The notes under the pieces were generated by a model. That model did not search any database and had not been told where the DNA came from. It was given only the letters and a program-made list of their open reading frames with translations. The position numbers and the translations under genes are program-made. From positions 125,060,435 to 125,124,434 of the forward strand of contig NC_052147.1 of assembly GCF_902713615.1 (NCBI RefSeq): a stretch of 64,000 nt of DNA. The letters run 5' to 3'. Shown in pieces: positions 60,793-64,000 of the stretch. The stretch is from Scyliorhinus canicula (Eukaryota). Within the stretch, counting starts at the first letter, position 1; the number at the start of each line of letters is the position of its first letter.

Positions 60793-63700
60793 GGGCAGGC
60801 TGTGAGCAGTCTAACCAGGCAGGATGTGGGCTAGCTGACCGGGCAGGATGTGGGCTACCTGGGTGGGCAGGATGTGGGCTAGCTGGCTGGGCAGGATGTG
60901 GGCTAGCTGGCTGGGCAGGATGTGGGCTAGCTGGCTGGGTAGGATGTGGGCTAGCTGGCCAGGCAGGATGTGGGCCAGCTGACCGGGCAGGATGTGGGCT
61001 AGCTAACCGGGCAGGATGTGGGCTAGCTGGCACGGCAGGATGTGGGCTAGCTGGCTGGGCAGGATGTGGGCTAGCTGACCGGGCAGGATGTGGGCTAGCT
61101 GGCCGGGCAGGATGTGGGCTAGCTGGCCCGGGCAGGATGTGGGCTAGCTGGCCGGGCAGGATGTGGGCTAGCTGGCCGGGCAGGATGTGAGCTAGCTGGC
61201 CAGGCAGGATGTGGGCTAGCTGGCCGGGCAGGATGTGGGCTAGCTGGCTGGGCAGGATGTGGGCTAGCTGGCCCGGGCAGGATGTGGGCTAGCTGGCCGT
61301 GCAGGATGCGGGCTAGCTGGCCGGGCAGGATGTGGGCTAGCTGACCGGGCAGGATGTGGGCTAGCTGGCCGGGCAGGATGTGGGCTAGCTGGCCGGGCAG
61401 GATGTGGGCTAGCTGGCCGTGCAGGATGTGGGCTAGCTGACCAGGCAGGATGTGGGCTAGCTGGCCGGGCAGGATGTGGGCTAGCTGGCTGGGCAGGATG
61501 TGGACTAGGTAACCGGGCAGGATGTGGGCTAGCTGGCCGGGCAGGATGTGTGCTAGCTGACCGGGCAGGATGTGGGCTAGCTGGCCGGGCAGGATGTGGG
61601 CTAGCTGGCCGGGCAGGATGTGGGCTAGCTGACCGGGCAGGATGTGGGCTAGCTGGCCGGGCAGGATGTGGGCTAGCTGGCCGTGCAGGATGTGGGCTAG
61701 CTGGCCGGGCAGGATGTGGGCTAGCTGGCCGGGCAGGATGTGGGCTAGCTGGCCGGGCAGGATGTGGGCTAGCTGGCCGGGCAGGATGTGGGCTAGCTGG
61801 CCGGGCAGGATGTGGGCTAGCTGGCCGGGCAGGATGTGGGCTAGCTGGCCGGACAGGATGTGGGCTAGCTGACCAGGCAGGATGTGGGCTAGCTGGCTGG
61901 GCAGGATGTGGGCTAGCTGACCGTGCAGGATGTGGGCTAGCTGGCCGGGCAGGATGTGGGCTAGCTGACCAGGCAGGATGTGGGCTAGCTGGCTGGGCAG
62001 GATGTGGGCTAGCTGGCCGGGCAGGATGTGGGCTAGCTGACAGGGCAGGATGTGGGCTAGCTGGCGGGCCCGGGCAGGATGTGGGCTAGCTGGCCGGGCA
62101 GGATGTGGGCTAGCTGGACGGGCAGGATGTGGGCTAGCTGACCGGGCAGGATGTGGGCTAGCTGGCCGGGCAGGATGTGGGCTAGCTGGCCGGGCAGGAT
62201 GTGGGCTAGCTGGCCCGGGCAGGATGTGGGCTAGCTGGCCGGGCAGGATGTGGGCTAGCTGACCGGGCAGGATGTGGGCTAGCTGGCCGTGCAGGATGTG
62301 GGCTAGCTGGCCGGGCAGGAAGTGGGCTAGCTGGCTGGGCAGGATGTGGGCTAGCTGGCCGGGCAGGATGCAGGCTAGCTGGCCGCGCAGGATGTGGGCT
62401 AGCTGGCGGGCCCGGGCAGGATGTGGGCTAGCTGGCCGGGTAGGATGTGGGCTAGCTGGCCGGGCAGGATGTGGGCTAGCTGGACGGGTAGGATGTGGGC
62501 TAGCTGACCGGGCAGGATGTGGGCTAGCTAACCGGGCAGGATGTGGGCTAGCTGGCTGGGCAGGATGTGGGCTAGCTGACCGGGCAGGATGTGGGCTAGC
62601 TGGCCGGGCAGGATGTGGGCTAGCTGGCCCGGGCAGGATGTGGGCTAGCTGGCAGGGCAGGACGTGGGCTAGCTGACCGGGCAGGATGTGGGCTAGCTGG
62701 CCGGGCAGGATGTGGGCTAGCTGGCCGGGCAGGATGTGGGCTAGCTGACAGGCCAGGATGTGGGCTAGCTGGCTGGCCCGGGCAGGATGTGGGCTAGCTG
62801 GCCGGCCAGGATGTGGGCTAGCTGGACAGGCAGGATGTGGGCTAGCTGATCGGGCAGGATGTGGGCTAGCTGGCCGGGCAGGATGTGGGCTAGCTGGCCG
62901 GGCAGGATGTGGGCTAGCTGGCCCGGGCAGGATGTGGGCTAGCTGGCCGGGCAGGATGTGGGCTAGCTGACCGGGCAGGATGTGGGCTAGCTGGCCGTGC
63001 AGGATGTGGGCTAGCTGGCCGGGCAGGATGTGGGCTAGCTGGCCCGGGCAGGATGTGAGCTAGCTGGCCGGGCAGGATGTGGGCTAGCTGGATGGGCAGG
63101 ATGTGGGCTAGCTGGCCGGGCAGGATGTGGGCTAGCTGGCCGGGCAGGATGTGGGCTAGCTGGCTGGGCAGTATGTGGGCTAGCTGGCTGGGCAGGATGT
63201 GAGCTAGCTGGCCGGGCAGGATGTGGGCTAGCTGACCATGTAGGATGTGGGCTAGCTGGCCGGGTAGGATGTGGGCTAGCTGGCGGGGCAGGATGTGGGC
63301 TAGCTGGCCGGGCAGGATGTGGGCTAGCTGGCCGGGCAGGATGTGGGCTAGCTGGCTGGGCAGGATGTGGGCTAGCTGGCCTGGCAGGATGTGGGCTAGC
63401 TAACCGGGCAGGATATGGGCTAGCTGACCGGGCAGGATGTGGGCTAGCTGGCCGGGCAGGATGTGAGCTAGCTGGCCGGGCAGGATGTGGGCTAGCTGGC
63501 TGGGCAGGATGTGGGCTAGCTGGCCGGGCAGGATGTGGGCTAGCTGACCGTGCAGGCTGTGGGCTAGCTGGCAGGGCAGGATGTGGGCTAGCTGGCCGGA
63601 CAGGATGTGGGCAGGCTGACCGGGCAGGATGTGGGCTAGCTGACTGGGCAGGAAGTGGGCTAGCTGGCCGGGCAGGATGTGCGCTAGCTGGCCGGGCAGG

Positions 63701-64000
63701 ATGTGGGCTAGCTGGCCGGGCAGGAGGTGGGCTAGCTGGCCGGGCAGGATGTGGGCTAGCTGGACGGGCAGGATGTGGGATAGCTGGCCGGGCAGGATGT
63801 GGGCTAGCTGGCCCGGACAGGATGTGGGCTAGCTGACCGGGCAGGATGTGGGCTAGCTGACCGGGCAGGAGGTGGGCTAGCTGGCCGGGCAGGATGTGGG
63901 CTAGCTGACCGGGCAGGATGTGGGCTAGCTAACCGGGCAGGATGTGGGCTAGCTGGCGGGGCAGGATGTCGGCTAGCTGGCCGGGCAGGGTGTGGGCTAG
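60793..64000 (+). repeat. 24-bp minisatellite (GGGCAGGATGTGGGCTAGCTGGCC)n, ~130 copies, continues past the window
   Basis: Directly visible tandem array; variants mostly in the TGGCC/TGACC/TGGCT segment. Confidence 0.99.

Noticed and set aside
60690-62970. ORFs encoding (AGCGLAGR)n or (MWASWPGR)n
   Set aside because: By-products of a 24-bp tandem repeat; frames shift and stop at variant units.
60793-64000. CRISPR-like array
   Set aside because: No unique spacers, no cas genes, vertebrate context.

Overview
Eukaryotic, repeat-dense vertebrate DNA. The SINE/LINE repertoire (HE1/V-SINE-like, Deu-domain SINE, CR1, Penelope-like) suggests a cartilaginous fish such as a shark; this is an inference. 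I found no host protein-coding gene I can support, so the window is probably intergenic or deep intronic. Contents: (1) three degenerate Ty3/gypsy LTR retrotransposons of two related families (1-3471 +, 6354-10662 -, 50773-55119 -; 5-bp TSDs where both ends are visible) and 5-7 solo LTRs; (2) CR1, L2-like, RTE, L1 and Penelope-like fragments, including a young CR1 with an intact RT frame; (3) about 13 GC-rich PIF/Harbinger-type non-autonomous elements, six with readable 3-bp TSDs, plus decayed Harbinger transposase and Myb-like remnants; (4) many tRNA-derived SINEs; (5) a 24-bp G-rich minisatellite of more than 3.2 kb running off the right edge. The most interesting signal is in the gypsy lineage. 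It has no tRNA primer-binding site. The 14-16 nt next to the 5' LTR are instead the reverse complement of the element's own poly(A)-signal region, and this pairing covaries between the two families. All three copies also carry a YLDN rather than YxDD reverse-transcriptase motif, encoded by different synonymous codons in the two families. Together these point to a tRNA-independent, self-priming retroelement with an atypical RT active site. All coordinates and counts were read by hand.
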